From: Candidatus Shapirobacteria bacterium
GTDB lineage: Bacteria; Patescibacteriota; Microgenomatia; UBA12405; JAUWLS01
Assembly (NCBI GenBank): GCA_030613565.1
Contig: JAUWLS010000004.1
Coordinates: 1-46,324, forward strand
Length of the DNA: 46,324 nucleotides
Reading direction: 5' to 3'
Shown: piece after piece, positions 1 through 8,891 of the stretch
How the letters are laid out: each line of letters starts with the position of its first letter
Position numbering within the stretch: position 1 is the first letter of the stretch
Notes under the pieces: generated by a model
What the model was told of the DNA's origin: nothing
Database searches by the model: none
What the model saw: the letters and a program-made list of their open reading frames with translations, nothing else
Position numbers and translations under genes: made by a program

Positions 1-754
1 TTAGTTTCTTTTTAGGAGAAGATGGAGCTGGAGCAGAAGGGGTTTTGGGGGTGGTAGAGAGAGGGGGGTGGGTTGGAGAAAGATCGGGGGTGGATGGAGT
101 TTCCTCTTTGGGGGGTGAAGTGTCTTTTAGATCAAGAATAATGGCGGCAATATCAGAAGAGTCGGGTTTGGAATAGATTTTTGTAGAAAGAGATTCTTTT
201 AAAGATGTGGTATCTGGGTTTTGAAATTCAGTGGAAACAGAATCCGGAAAAGAGGAAAGAAAAGATGAACTTAAAAGAAGATAGCGGTCAGAATCTTTGG
301 GGGCACCAGAGACAATTTGGGGATTGTTTTTGGTGGGAGAAATAAGAGTGGCGGTTTTTTGGTTTCTAATGAGAGTGATGGTGGAATCTCCAAAGGTGCC
401 AAGATAGATAAAGTCCTTGTAGTGAATAGCGATAGCAAGAGAGGTTTTTAGTTTTCCTTCAACAAAGACAGGATGTTCCTCCCCTACTTTCTTTAAAGTT
501 TCTTTGAGTTGATCAAAGGGGGTGTTTTTGGAATCCGTAAAATAGGATTCGTTGAAGAAAGAAATGAGTTCTTTTCCGATGGTACTAATTTCTTGGTCTT
601 GGTCTTCTTTTTTGATAGTTATAAGACCGAAAAGACGACCTCTTTTTTCCAAAAGATCCGAGTCTTGAGGTTGGTTTTCCCAAAATTGAGACCAAGTAGT
701 GTCCGTGGGATGTCCAATGATGGGACGAGTAGAAAAGGACAGGTTTGCAGGCAT
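1..754 (-). CDS. Partial CDS (runs off the left edge): PP2C/SpoIIE-like fold protein, probably degenerate, followed by a Pro/Ser/Thr-rich linker
   Basis: Not in the ORF track. Manual translation from ATG 754 is open to position 2: MPANLSFSTRPIIGHPTDTTWSQFWENQPQDSDLLEKRGRLFGLITI...IYLGTFGDSTITLIR...DRYLLLSS...SDIAAIILDL, then TSPPKEETPSTPDLSPTHPP. GDS and DIAAIILDL resemble PP2C motifs. Confidence 0.7.
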   Translation of the reverse strand, partial: MPANLSFSTRPIIGHPTDTTWSQFWENQPQDSDLLEKRGRLFGLITIKKEDQDQEISTIGKELISFFNESYFTDSKNTPFDQLKETLKKVGEEHPVFVEGKLKTSLAIAIHYKDFIYLGTFGDSTITLIRNQKTATLISPTKNNPQIVSGAPKDSDRYLLLSSSFLSSFPDSVSTEFQNPDTTSLKESLSTKIYSKPDSSDIAAIILDLKDTSPPKEETPSTPDLSPTHPPLSTTPKTPSAPAPSSPKKKL

Positions 755-773
755 TCTAATTTATGATAGCAGA

Positions 774-989
774 CTAGAGAACAACGAAGGCTAGAATGAG
801 GACAAGGACGGCAAGAATGAAATGGATTTTGGAGAGAAGTTTGATCTGAAGATTAAGATTTCCGGAGACAATTTTGGTCATTACAGAGACTTGTTTAACC
901 ACAACATAGGCAAAAACAAGATAGAGGGAGAGGGCAATAAGACTGATTATTTTGGCAGAGAGTAAAACTAGAGAGCTGATTTGGGTCAT
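774..989 (-). CDS. Small two-TM membrane protein (DUF5657-like, CPR-conserved)
   Basis: 71 aa with two hydrophobic helices and the segment LYLVFAYVVVKQVSVM; overlaps the upstream gene's stop by 4 nt. Confidence 0.7.
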   Translation of the reverse strand: MTQISSLVLLSAKIISLIALSLYLVFAYVVVKQVSVMTKIVSGNLNLQIKLLSKIHFILAVLVLILAFVVL

Positions 990-1726
990 CTTAGTCTCCC
1001 TTCTAGGGCCTCTTGCTTTTCTTCAAGACGCATTAGTTGAAGTATTTTTTGAACCTTGGTGGGATTGGGAACAGAAAGGAATTCAAACTCAGGGACTTCG
1101 GCAGCAGTTTGGATGTAAACATCACCGTAATTGAATAGAGAATGAAGGAGACCGCCTTGCTTAACAGTGACGTCTTGGATGGCTTCTAGTTCAGCATCAG
1201 AGATTTCTTTGTACATGAGGGAGTAAAAGTCGATATCGACAATGCGCTCATCGGTAATAATACTGACGTTAAAGTACCAGGAAAGGAAGTTTTCTAAAAC
1301 AAAGGCAAAAACGAGAAGATACCAACTAATAAGGGCAATGAATTGAAAACGCCAAGGGCAAAGATCAATGAAAGGAAGGGTTTTTATGAAAGAGGGGGCT
1401 AGAAACATAAGAAAGGTGACAAAAGCCCAGGGCAAATTAGTAATCCAATGACGACGAAGGACAACAAGGACTTCTTCATCTTTAAATTGAGATTCGAAAG
1501 CAAACCTCTTTTTAGGACGGGCTATGAAGGAAGTAAAAGAACCATTATTAGTTCCAATGAGGCGGTAGACCTGTTTTCTGAACTGATTGACAGCAGATTT
1601 AGTTTTCTTTTTTATTTTTTTCTTGGTGGAGGTTTTGGATTTTTGGGGAGAAGATGGTGTCTTTTTAGGTTTGGTTCGGGGTTCGTCAGGGGCTATATCG
1701 TCAAGATTTTTGGCTCGAGGTGACAT
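986..1726 (-). CDS. Membrane protein with bacterial PH domain (bPH_2/DUF304-like)
   Basis: Motifs RRHW, two TM helices, IITDERIVDIDF, IQDVTVKQGG, FNYGDVYIQTA, VPNP; TATAAT 5 nt before ATG. Confidence 0.8.
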   Translation of the reverse strand: MSPRAKNLDDIAPDEPRTKPKKTPSSPQKSKTSTKKKIKKKTKSAVNQFRKQVYRLIGTNNGSFTSFIARPKKRFAFESQFKDEEVLVVLRRHWITNLPWAFVTFLMFLAPSFIKTLPFIDLCPWRFQFIALISWYLLVFAFVLENFLSWYFNVSIITDERIVDIDFYSLMYKEISDAELEAIQDVTVKQGGLLHSLFNYGDVYIQTAAEVPEFEFLSVPNPTKVQKILQLMRLEEKQEALEGRLR

Positions 1727-1756
1727 GAGTAATTATAGCAGTAAAAAGAGTTGGTT

Positions 1757-2107
1757 TTATCCCCGTTTTTTTTGGACCCAGACAAGAAGTCGTGACCCAC
1801 TAGAGAAAGGTCTTTGTTGTATTTTGGCAAGACTTTTGGACCTGGTGGTGACAACTGGGTAAATGCAATCAAGGGGACCACCTGCTCTTTTGCTTGAGAT
1901 TCTTCCACAAACACCATTAGGTCCGCGGACTTGGGTACAGGCAGTTAATTCTTTTTTATCAGAAAGGCTTAAGTTAGAAGCAAGGTCCACAGTAGCGGTA
2001 CGAATAGATTGAGGATTACGAGAAAGAATTCTTTTTGGACCTAAACAGGTAGTGCTTCTTAAATTGCCGACACCGTATATTGTTAAATAGTCTTTTGATC
2101 TTGCCAT
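1757..2107 (-). CDS. Orphan 116-aa protein with 4 Cys
   Basis: Fills the gap between genes; TAACAT -10-like box 8 nt before ATG; no recognised family. Confidence 0.6.
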   Translation of the reverse strand: MARSKDYLTIYGVGNLRSTTCLGPKRILSRNPQSIRTATVDLASNLSLSDKKELTACTQVRGPNGVCGRISSKRAGGPLDCIYPVVTTRSKSLAKIQQRPFSSGSRLLVWVQKKRG

Positions 2108-2152
2108 AGGAAGTTATGTTAACAAAAGATTTGGGTGGAAAAAAGGGGGAAA

Positions 2153-2920
2153 TTAGAACTTGAGTTCTATTCCGACAGGACAGTGATCTGAGCCTTCTGC
2201 GGAAGGCAAGATGAAAGCTTTTTTAAGATGAGGGAGAAGTTCTTTTTGAATAAAAAAGTAGTCAATACGCCAGCCAACATTGCGTGATCTAGCTCCTGAG
2301 CGCATGCTCCACCAGGAGTATTGGTCTGGTTTTTGAGGATGAAAATGACGGAAAGTGTCAATGTATCCTTTTTTCTCTAACTTGTCGATCCAGACTCTTT
2401 CTTGGGGTAAAAAACCTGATATTTTTTCGTTTTGTTTAGGACGAGCGAGGTCAATGGGGTGATGGGCGGTGTTAACATCACCGCAAAAGATAATTTTTTC
2501 TCCTTTTTTTCTTAAGGATTTGATGTGATCTAAAAATTTTTCGTAGAATTCGAGTTTGTAGTTAAGTCTAACTTTATCTTTTTTTCCGTTTGGAAAATAG
2601 ACGTTTAGGAGAGTGAATTCTTTAAATTTGGTGGTAATTACCCTTCCCTCTTGGTCGAATTTTTTTAGGCTCATTCCGTTTTCGATAGAGATGGGTTTTG
2701 GTTTTGAGAAGGTAGCAACACCAGAATAACCGGGGCGATCAGCTGAATTCCAATAAGTGTAATAGTCTTTTGGCTCATCAAGAGAAGGAGGGACTTGTTC
2801 GGCTCTGGCTTTAGTTTCTTGAAAGCAAATAATGTCTGGTTTTTCTTTATTAACCCAAGGCCAAAGACCTTTTCTTATGGCAGCTCTGATTCCATTTACA
2901 TTCCAAGAAAGGATTTGCAT
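2153..2920 (-). CDS. xth: Exodeoxyribonuclease III / AP endonuclease
   Basis: Motifs SWNVNGIRA, QETK, GDVNTAH, GWRIDYF, GSDHCP; start moved to ATG 2920 (TACAAT-5nt-ATG). Confidence 0.95.
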   Translation of the reverse strand: MQILSWNVNGIRAAIRKGLWPWVNKEKPDIICFQETKARAEQVPPSLDEPKDYYTYWNSADRPGYSGVATFSKPKPISIENGMSLKKFDQEGRVITTKFKEFTLLNVYFPNGKKDKVRLNYKLEFYEKFLDHIKSLRKKGEKIIFCGDVNTAHHPIDLARPKQNEKISGFLPQERVWIDKLEKKGYIDTFRHFHPQKPDQYSWWSMRSGARSRNVGWRIDYFFIQKELLPHLKKAFILPSAEGSDHCPVGIELKF

Positions 2921-2949
2921 ATTCAATTGTAACCCAGGTATGCTTTTTT

Positions 2950-3615
2950 ATGGACGGGTGGAAGAAGGTTTTGGTGGGATTTTTAGTTTTGGATCTTTTG
3001 ATTCTAAATGGGGTGATGGGTTGGGTGGTTTTTGAAAAGGAGGAGGTGGTTTCTAAAGAGATGGCGGAAAATGTTTTGAAGGAAGAGGTTTTAGTAAGAG
3101 AGGAGGAAAATGAAATAGAGATGGAGGAAGAGGATGAAGGTATTGAAAAAAGAATTTCCCAACTAGAAGATAGAGTAGAGGCAATTGAAGATGAAGGAGG
3201 AAAGGTGGTAGAGAAGGTAGCAACAGCAAAAGAAGTGGTCAAAAGTGAAAAAGTGTTTTACGTACCAATACCTGATGGAGAAGGGGTATCGAGCACGGAA
3301 TGGATAGATGTTGTGGGAAGTGGGTTTATTTTAGATAAGGCAAGTTATGATGGAATGAAGAAGGTGTATTTGGAAGGGAATATAAAAGTGCTTAACGGAA
3401 ACGGAATTGGAAGAGTAAGACTGTGGGACGAAAGTAATAAGAGAGCGGTGGATGGATCAGAGATTAGTAGTAATAGTGGAGACTGGGAGTCGAAAGAGTC
3501 GGGCAGTTTAAGTTTATGGAATGGAAAGAACGAATACATTTTGCAAGCCAGGTCGGAGACGGGATATAGGGTGGATGCAGGAGGAATAAAGCTGAGGATA
3601 ATAGTAGAAAATTGA
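2950..3615 (+). CDS. Membrane-anchored hypothetical protein (N-terminal TM, acidic coiled coil, beta-rich C-terminal domain)
   Basis: 221-aa ORF; TATGCT-5nt-ATG; codon usage typical of + strand genes here. Confidence 0.75.
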   Translation: MDGWKKVLVGFLVLDLLILNGVMGWVVFEKEEVVSKEMAENVLKEEVLVREEENEIEMEEEDEGIEKRISQLEDRVEAIEDEGGKVVEKVATAKEVVKSEKVFYVPIPDGEGVSSTEWIDVVGSGFILDKASYDGMKKVYLEGNIKVLNGNGIGRVRLWDESNKRAVDGSEISSNSGDWESKESGSLSLWNGKNEYILQARSETGYRVDAGGIKLRIIVEN

Positions 3616-3616
3616 A

Positions 3617-4483
3617 CTATTTAGTTGATTCGATTCTGGTCCAGACTTTTTTGAGGGTAGGTTTTTTGAGTTTAAGATCGATGAAGATTTTGATCCAAAG
3701 GTAGAGCCTGAAAAGAAGAGCTAAAAACCAGTAGATGAATTGTTGGGGAGATCTTATGAGAGTGAGGGTGGTAAAAAGATGAGGAATTTCTTTTAGAGGT
3801 CCACGCATGACAGAATTTTTGATTTGAAAAGATGCACCACCGACTGACCTTACTTTTTGACTGATCCAGTCTTTTAAATTGGTGGGGTATTTGACAAACA
3901 CTTGAGCGTTGGGTGCATAGGCGGTTTTATAGCCTTGTTTGATTACATTTTGAGTAATAAGGGCGTCGTCAGCTAGGGTGTCTTTAGGAAGAGGTTTGAA
4001 AAGACTTTTTCTTAAGGCCAAAAGATATCCTGAACAATCAAGAGGAAGATTTTTTTTATAGAGGGTGGTGCGTTGAAGATGAGCGGTTTGAGTAGCAAGA
4101 TAGGCCCAGAAACCATAAAGAGAGTCTCTGGAATTGGTTGGGGTTGGAAAACTAGAAACTATTCCGACTTTTGAATCTTTGAAAGGGGGAAGAAGGTGTT
4201 TTAAGGAATCAGGAGAGGAGTAAACATCACCGTCAGTGAGAACAAGAATAGGATTTTTGGCAACTTTTATAGCTTGATTTAAGGCAGAAGGCTTACCTTG
4301 TCCTGTGTCAGTAATGGTTTTGACTTTGGAAGATGATTTTTTAGCGGCAGTGAGGGTGGGTTTGTCGGGGGCAATGACAATAAGTTCGTCTTTAGGAGTT
4401 AGTTGGGGAAGAAAAGAAGAAATGGCTTTTTTTATGGTTTTTTCTTCTTTAAAGGTAGTAATGATTACAGAAACCGGGGTCAT
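3617..4483 (-). CDS. Glycosyltransferase family 2
   Basis: VSVIITTFKEE, GKPSALN, LTDGD (DxD), ADD, QKVR (QxxRW-like), C-terminal TM. Confidence 0.9.
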   Translation of the reverse strand: MTPVSVIITTFKEEKTIKKAISSFLPQLTPKDELIVIAPDKPTLTAAKKSSSKVKTITDTGQGKPSALNQAIKVAKNPILVLTDGDVYSSPDSLKHLLPPFKDSKVGIVSSFPTPTNSRDSLYGFWAYLATQTAHLQRTTLYKKNLPLDCSGYLLALRKSLFKPLPKDTLADDALITQNVIKQGYKTAYAPNAQVFVKYPTNLKDWISQKVRSVGGASFQIKNSVMRGPLKEIPHLFTTLTLIRSPQQFIYWFLALLFRLYLWIKIFIDLKLKKPTLKKVWTRIESTK

Positions 4484-4540
4484 GGGGTTATTTTAGCAAG
4501 TTTGGGTTGACTAGGTTTGATTTTAAGGGTAGTTTAAGTT

Positions 4541-5269
4541 ATGAAAAAAAATTGTGGAGGTTTGGGTGGAGTAGTAGTGATTTTGTTACTAGCACTTTAT
4601 TTTGTTCCCTGGAAGAATATAAATTGGGGAAAGTTAGAAATGTCCTCTGTTCAGACAGTAACTGTAACCGGAGAGGCGGAGTTAAGAGAAAAAAATCAGA
4701 TTGCTAGTTTTTCAGCAGGAGTAACAAAAACGAAAGATGTGAAAGAAGAAGCAGTAAGTGAAGTAAATGAAGAGGTTGATAAGTTAATAGAATCAGTAAA
4801 GGATTTTGGAGTAGATAAAGAGGATATAAAAACACAGAGCTTGAATATCAATCAAAGGGAAGACAGTGTTTATGAAGAAGGAAAGCAAAAAGTTGAAGCA
4901 GGACAATGGAGAGTGAGTAATACGATAGAAATAATATTGCGAGATGTGGACAGGGCTTCGGAATTAGCAGACTTATTAGCTGGTAGTGGAGCAAGTAATG
5001 TTTACGGACCTAATTTTTCTCTGGATGACACTGGTAGTCTTGAAAATGAGTTAATGACTGACGCAATGAAGGACGCAAAAGAGAAGGCAGAGATAATAGC
5101 GGAAGCAAGTGAGAGGGGCTTGGGAAAAGTGGTGTCAGTAAGTGAAGGGGTTGGGGGAAGTAATTATGGAATAAGAATGGCTTATGGGGAGATGGGGGGA
5201 GGTGCCCCGATGGAACCAGGAGCAGGAACAGTAAGTAAAAGTCTGACGGTGATTTTTGAGCTGAAATAG
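4541..5269 (+). CDS. SIMPL domain (DUF541) membrane-anchored protein
   Basis: TVTVTGEAE, DIKTQSLNI, AMKDAKEKAEIIAEA, LGKVVSVSE. Confidence 0.85.
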   Translation: MKKNCGGLGGVVVILLLALYFVPWKNINWGKLEMSSVQTVTVTGEAELREKNQIASFSAGVTKTKDVKEEAVSEVNEEVDKLIESVKDFGVDKEDIKTQSLNINQREDSVYEEGKQKVEAGQWRVSNTIEIILRDVDRASELADLLAGSGASNVYGPNFSLDDTGSLENELMTDAMKDAKEKAEIIAEASERGLGKVVSVSEGVGGSNYGIRMAYGEMGGGAPMEPGAGTVSKSLTVIFELK

Positions 5270-5305
5270 GACAAAACTTTTTCTTTCTGATAGACTCTTT
5301 TACTT

Positions 5306-6190
5306 ATGGAAAAAGTAAAAAAAGGACTGATTGCAGCTGGTGGGTGGTCAACTAGATTTTTACCAGCAGTTAAGACATTTGCTAAGCAAATGGTTCCCAT
5401 TTTAGATAAACCAGGAATTCATTACCTGGTGGAAGAAATGATTGGGGCAGGTGTGGAAGAAATAGCAGTGGTTTCTAGACCAGGAGAAAAGAGTATTGAA
5501 AAGTATTTTAAAGAAGATAAAGAACTTTTTGAATATCTAAAAAAGAGTGGAAAAGAAAAGTGCATGGAAAGCTGGAGGGAAGTAAAAAAGAAGATAAAAA
5601 AATGGGAGTTTTTTGAACAGGGAGATGACTTACCTTATGGGAACGCAAGTCCAATTTTGGCAGCAAAAAGTTTTATTGGAAATGAAGCATTTGTTTACAT
5701 GTTTGGAGATGATTTTGTTTTGGAAGAGGAAGCGGGAGAATATCTTTCTCATTTAATCTCTGTTTTTTCAGAGCATGACCCTGATGTGGTTTTGGGAGTA
5801 CAAGAAGTGCCCACAGAAGAAATAGATAGATACGGAATTGTGGAGTACATGAAAGATAATAAGTACCCCAACAGAGTAAAAAGGGTCATAGAAAAACCGG
5901 CTGCGGATAAAGCCCCGTCTAATATGGCACAGTTTGGAAGGTTTATTTTATCTACTGAGGTGTTAGAGGTCTTAAAAAGACTAGAACTAGGAATCGGAGG
6001 AGAGCTTTGGTTGGCTGATGCAAACAATATGATGGCAAAAGAAGGAGTGGCAATAGCAGAACCGATTAAAAATGGTGAATGGATGACGACTGGAGATCCG
6101 TTGCGATGGTTGAAGGCGAATATAAAAGTGGCTTGGGGAAAAGAAGAATACAGGAAAGAACTGGAAGAACTAATGAAAGAATTAAAGTGA
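5306..6190 (+). CDS. galU: UTP-glucose-1-phosphate uridylyltransferase-like sugar-phosphate nucleotidyltransferase
   Basis: AAGGWSTRFLPAVK..KQMVPILDKP, GDD, RYGIV, IEKP, GELWLAD, TGDP. Confidence 0.8.
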   Translation: MEKVKKGLIAAGGWSTRFLPAVKTFAKQMVPILDKPGIHYLVEEMIGAGVEEIAVVSRPGEKSIEKYFKEDKELFEYLKKSGKEKCMESWREVKKKIKKWEFFEQGDDLPYGNASPILAAKSFIGNEAFVYMFGDDFVLEEEAGEYLSHLISVFSEHDPDVVLGVQEVPTEEIDRYGIVEYMKDNKYPNRVKRVIEKPAADKAPSNMAQFGRFILSTEVLEVLKRLELGIGGELWLADANNMMAKEGVAIAEPIKNGEWMTTGDPLRWLKANIKVAWGKEEYRKELEELMKELK

Positions 6191-7047
6191 AGAAAGTAAG
6201 AATATGGGGAGTGAAACTTCGGCCCAACAGTCCTGAGTTGAAGAAAGTTTATCTTAAACTGGAAAGGTTTTTGAAGAGTAAGGGAGAAGAGGCGATGATT
6301 GAAAAGGAAAGTGGAAACATGATTGGGATAAAGGGAGGGCAGATGAAAGAGGTTCTTAAAAAGGTGGATGGTTTGATTTCGATTGGAGGGGATGGGACTT
6401 TTTTAGGATTGGCAAGGGAAAGTTTTTTGTCCGGAAAAACAATATTGGGGGTAAATGCTGGAAGTTTAGGGTTTTTGACGGAAGTGTCTTTGGAGGAAGT
6501 GGAGGAAGTTTTGGAAAAAATTATTTTAGGAGAATGTGTAGAAAAGGAAAGAATGGTAATGGAAATAGAATTACCGTCCAGCAAGAACGAGAAAGTGTAT
6601 GCAGTAAATGAGATTGCCATAAAAGGAAAGAATGTGGCAGAACTTGTTCGACTGGAACTTTGGATGGATGGAAAGTATGTGAACACTTATAGTGGAGATG
6701 GACTAATAGTGGCGACACCAACAGGATCAACGGCTTACAGTCTTTCAGCTGAAGGACCAATTTTATATCCCTTTGCGAAAAATTTTATTTTTACACCAAT
6801 TTGCCCTCATTCTTTTTCTCAAAGACCTCTGGTAATTCCGACAACCTTTTTGGATATTGAGGTAAGAGTGCCGGCAAAAGGAAGAAAGGTGGTAGTGGTA
6901 GTAGATGGACAAGAGGAACATGAACTAAAGAGAGGAAAGGGGTTGAAGATAAGAAAAGCAGAGAAAGGAGTAAGGGTTTTTAGTAACAAAAACAATGATT
7001 TTTTTAAGGTTTTGAGAGAAAAGCTTGGCTGGGGAGAAAGAAATTAA
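6187..7047 (+). CDS. nadK: NAD(+) kinase
   Basis: GGDGT, GSLGFLT, NE, GDGLIVATPTGSTAYSLSA, TPICPHS, DGQ; likely start is GTG 6187 overlapping the galU stop (GTGA). Confidence 0.93.
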   Translation: MKKVRIWGVKLRPNSPELKKVYLKLERFLKSKGEEAMIEKESGNMIGIKGGQMKEVLKKVDGLISIGGDGTFLGLARESFLSGKTILGVNAGSLGFLTEVSLEEVEEVLEKIILGECVEKERMVMEIELPSSKNEKVYAVNEIAIKGKNVAELVRLELWMDGKYVNTYSGDGLIVATPTGSTAYSLSAEGPILYPFAKNFIFTPICPHSFSQRPLVIPTTFLDIEVRVPAKGRKVVVVVDGQEEHELKRGKGLKIRKAEKGVRVFSNKNNDFFKVLREKLGWGERN

Positions 7048-8174
7048 TTAAGAGAGTAAATCGTGGTGGGTTTAGTTTGATGTTTGACTTTAATCTTTCG
7101 GGGAGTAGAACTTATTTTGTCATTTAGGAGATCTTTTACATCTTTACTGATATAGATTTGATTTGAAGGGGTCTGTTTTTGAATGTGGGCGGCAACATTG
7201 ATAGTAGACCCAATAACTTGATAGTTTTTGTAGTACTTTCCACCTATGAAACCAACATTAACAGATCCATAGTGGATTCCGAAACTGAGAGAAAGACTGT
7301 ATTTAGAAAAAGCAAGTTGACAGGCTTTGTTTAGTTTTTTCGTAGCAAGACAGGCATCGGAAGGATTAGGAAAGGTTAAAAGAACTTCGTCTCCCCTAGT
7401 CTCATGTAATCGACCGCTATGTTTCTTGGCAATTTTTGAAGAGAGGTCATAAAGAGTTGAAAAGGTTTCAATAACTGTTTCGACTGGAACTTTTAAACTA
7501 AAGGCAGTAGAGTCTTTGAAATCTCCAACAACAATGGCTAGATTTTTTTCTTCTAATTTTTGGTGAAAATCTTTGTCTTCATCTAATTTTTCTAAGATGT
7601 CTTTTCCAAGAAGCCAAGAAAGGTAGCGGCGAGAGAAGTTTAAAAGACGTTTATTTTTTTTAATAAGATGAAAGCGATAGAGAGTGTCTGATATTTCTTC
7701 AGTCATAAGATGAGCAAGACGAATATCTTTTTTAGAAAAAGATTTTTTAGGTTTGGTGCGATCAAAACAAATAGTTCCAAAAATTTCTTTTCCTGACTTT
7801 AAAGGTAAGCCCAAAAAGGAGTGAACAGAAACTTTTTTAAGAACCTTTTGAGGAGTAGCTGATATTTTTTGTAGATCATTTACAAGAACTGTTTTTCCTC
7901 CTATTATCTTTCTATCTAAAGGATGGGCAGAAAGGGAGTGCCTTTCACCTAAGGCTGAAACATGGTTAGGGTCCTGATCATATTCCCCGATGAGAGTTAG
8001 GTTTTTTTGTTCTTTGTGATAGTGGAAGATAACAACTCTCTCGATTTTTAAGATTTTGCCCATGAGGTGACATGCTTTTTGAGCAGCAGATTTCATACTT
8101 TTTTGAGCTTGGATGGCTTTGGTAAGCTCGTAGAAATGAAGCAGTTGTCGGTGATTTAGTTTTGGTTTGGACAA
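7044..8174 (-). CDS. GAF domain + class III nucleotidyl (adenylate/guanylate-type) cyclase
   Basis: GAF: SFLGLPLKSGKEIFGTICFD...FSKKDIRL. Cyclase: VGDFKDST, ETRGDE, FGIHYG, YQVIGSTINVAAHIQ, IYIS, IKVK. TTG start 12 nt after the HD gene stop. Confidence 0.85.
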   Translation of the reverse strand: MSKPKLNHRQLLHFYELTKAIQAQKSMKSAAQKACHLMGKILKIERVVIFHYHKEQKNLTLIGEYDQDPNHVSALGERHSLSAHPLDRKIIGGKTVLVNDLQKISATPQKVLKKVSVHSFLGLPLKSGKEIFGTICFDRTKPKKSFSKKDIRLAHLMTEEISDTLYRFHLIKKNKRLLNFSRRYLSWLLGKDILEKLDEDKDFHQKLEEKNLAIVVGDFKDSTAFSLKVPVETVIETFSTLYDLSSKIAKKHSGRLHETRGDEVLLTFPNPSDACLATKKLNKACQLAFSKYSLSLSFGIHYGSVNVGFIGGKYYKNYQVIGSTINVAAHIQKQTPSNQIYISKDVKDLLNDKISSTPRKIKVKHQTKPTTIYSLN

Positions 8175-8186
8175 TTTGGGTGAGAT

Positions 8187-8846
8187 TTAAACTTTATGTT
8201 GAGGATTGGTCTGTTTTTGAGGTTGGGCGAGAAAAATATTATAAGGTTTGGAGTTTTTTTTGCAGGCCCTGCCGATTTCTTTGGTTAGGGCAGGAATGAA
8301 TGGTAGGTCGATTTTTTTAAGACGGTCAAGAGTGTTGAACCAAACCATTTCCCAGCCATCGTGTTTGAACCCAGCGTATTTCCATTCCAGCATGGAAATA
8401 AGCATGGCAGAGATATTGGCGGCAGAATAGATTTGTTTTTCTAAATTATTAAGATTGATTTCTCGATAATCTGAAACGTCTATTTCTTCTTTTATCAAGT
8501 CAAGCATGGCCTGATGAGCGTTTTGGTTGGCTTGTTTTATTTCTTTACGAATTTCAATGTTCCAAAATGTTTGCCAACTGGGGCTACCAGAGGGCAAATC
8601 CCCTATTATGGATTCAGACCAATCGTGAACAAGGCAATATTTGAGAAGTTTAGATTGGTTTATTTTTTCTTTTTTGGTTTTTGGGAGACTGTCGGCAAAA
8701 AGCATGGCTAGATAAGTCACAAAATAAGAGTGTTCAGCAATGGACATGTTTAGTTCAGATGGTAAACCCATAAAGAGAGTGCCTCCGGCACGTTTGAGAT
8801 GATTTAGGTTTTGGAGGATTTGAATAAGTTTGAAAGTGTTTTTCAT
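8187..8846 (-). CDS. YfbR/HDDC2-like HD-domain protein (5'-deoxynucleotidase family), final metal-ligand Asp replaced by Asn
   Basis: LKR, SIAEHSY, LVHDWSESIIGDLPS, YSAANIS; TATAAT-6nt-ATG. Confidence 0.85.
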   Translation of the reverse strand: MKNTFKLIQILQNLNHLKRAGGTLFMGLPSELNMSIAEHSYFVTYLAMLFADSLPKTKKEKINQSKLLKYCLVHDWSESIIGDLPSGSPSWQTFWNIEIRKEIKQANQNAHQAMLDLIKEEIDVSDYREINLNNLEKQIYSAANISAMLISMLEWKYAGFKHDGWEMVWFNTLDRLKKIDLPFIPALTKEIGRACKKNSKPYNIFLAQPQKQTNPQHKV

Positions 8847-8866
8847 AGTTTTATTATACTTCTTTT
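8808..8866. repeat. 59-bp direct repeat, copy A (HD gene -10 box and first 13 codons)
   Basis: gttttggaggatttgaataagtttgaaagtgtttttcatagttttattatacttctttt; 52/59 identical to 9593-9651. Confidence 0.9.
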
Positions 8867-8891
8867 TACTATGTGACTTGTGGTTTGCGGA

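Noticed and set aside
6079-6186. N-terminal extensions in the ORF track (nadK from 6079; also vapC from 23908, RNHCP from 45068)
   Set aside because: They overlap upstream genes; family motifs and coupled starts point to downstream start codons.
7044-8174. Classical Pycsar or CBASS defence system
   Set aside because: No cNMP-binding TIR/TM effector or CD-NTase is adjacent, and the cyclase has a GAF input domain.
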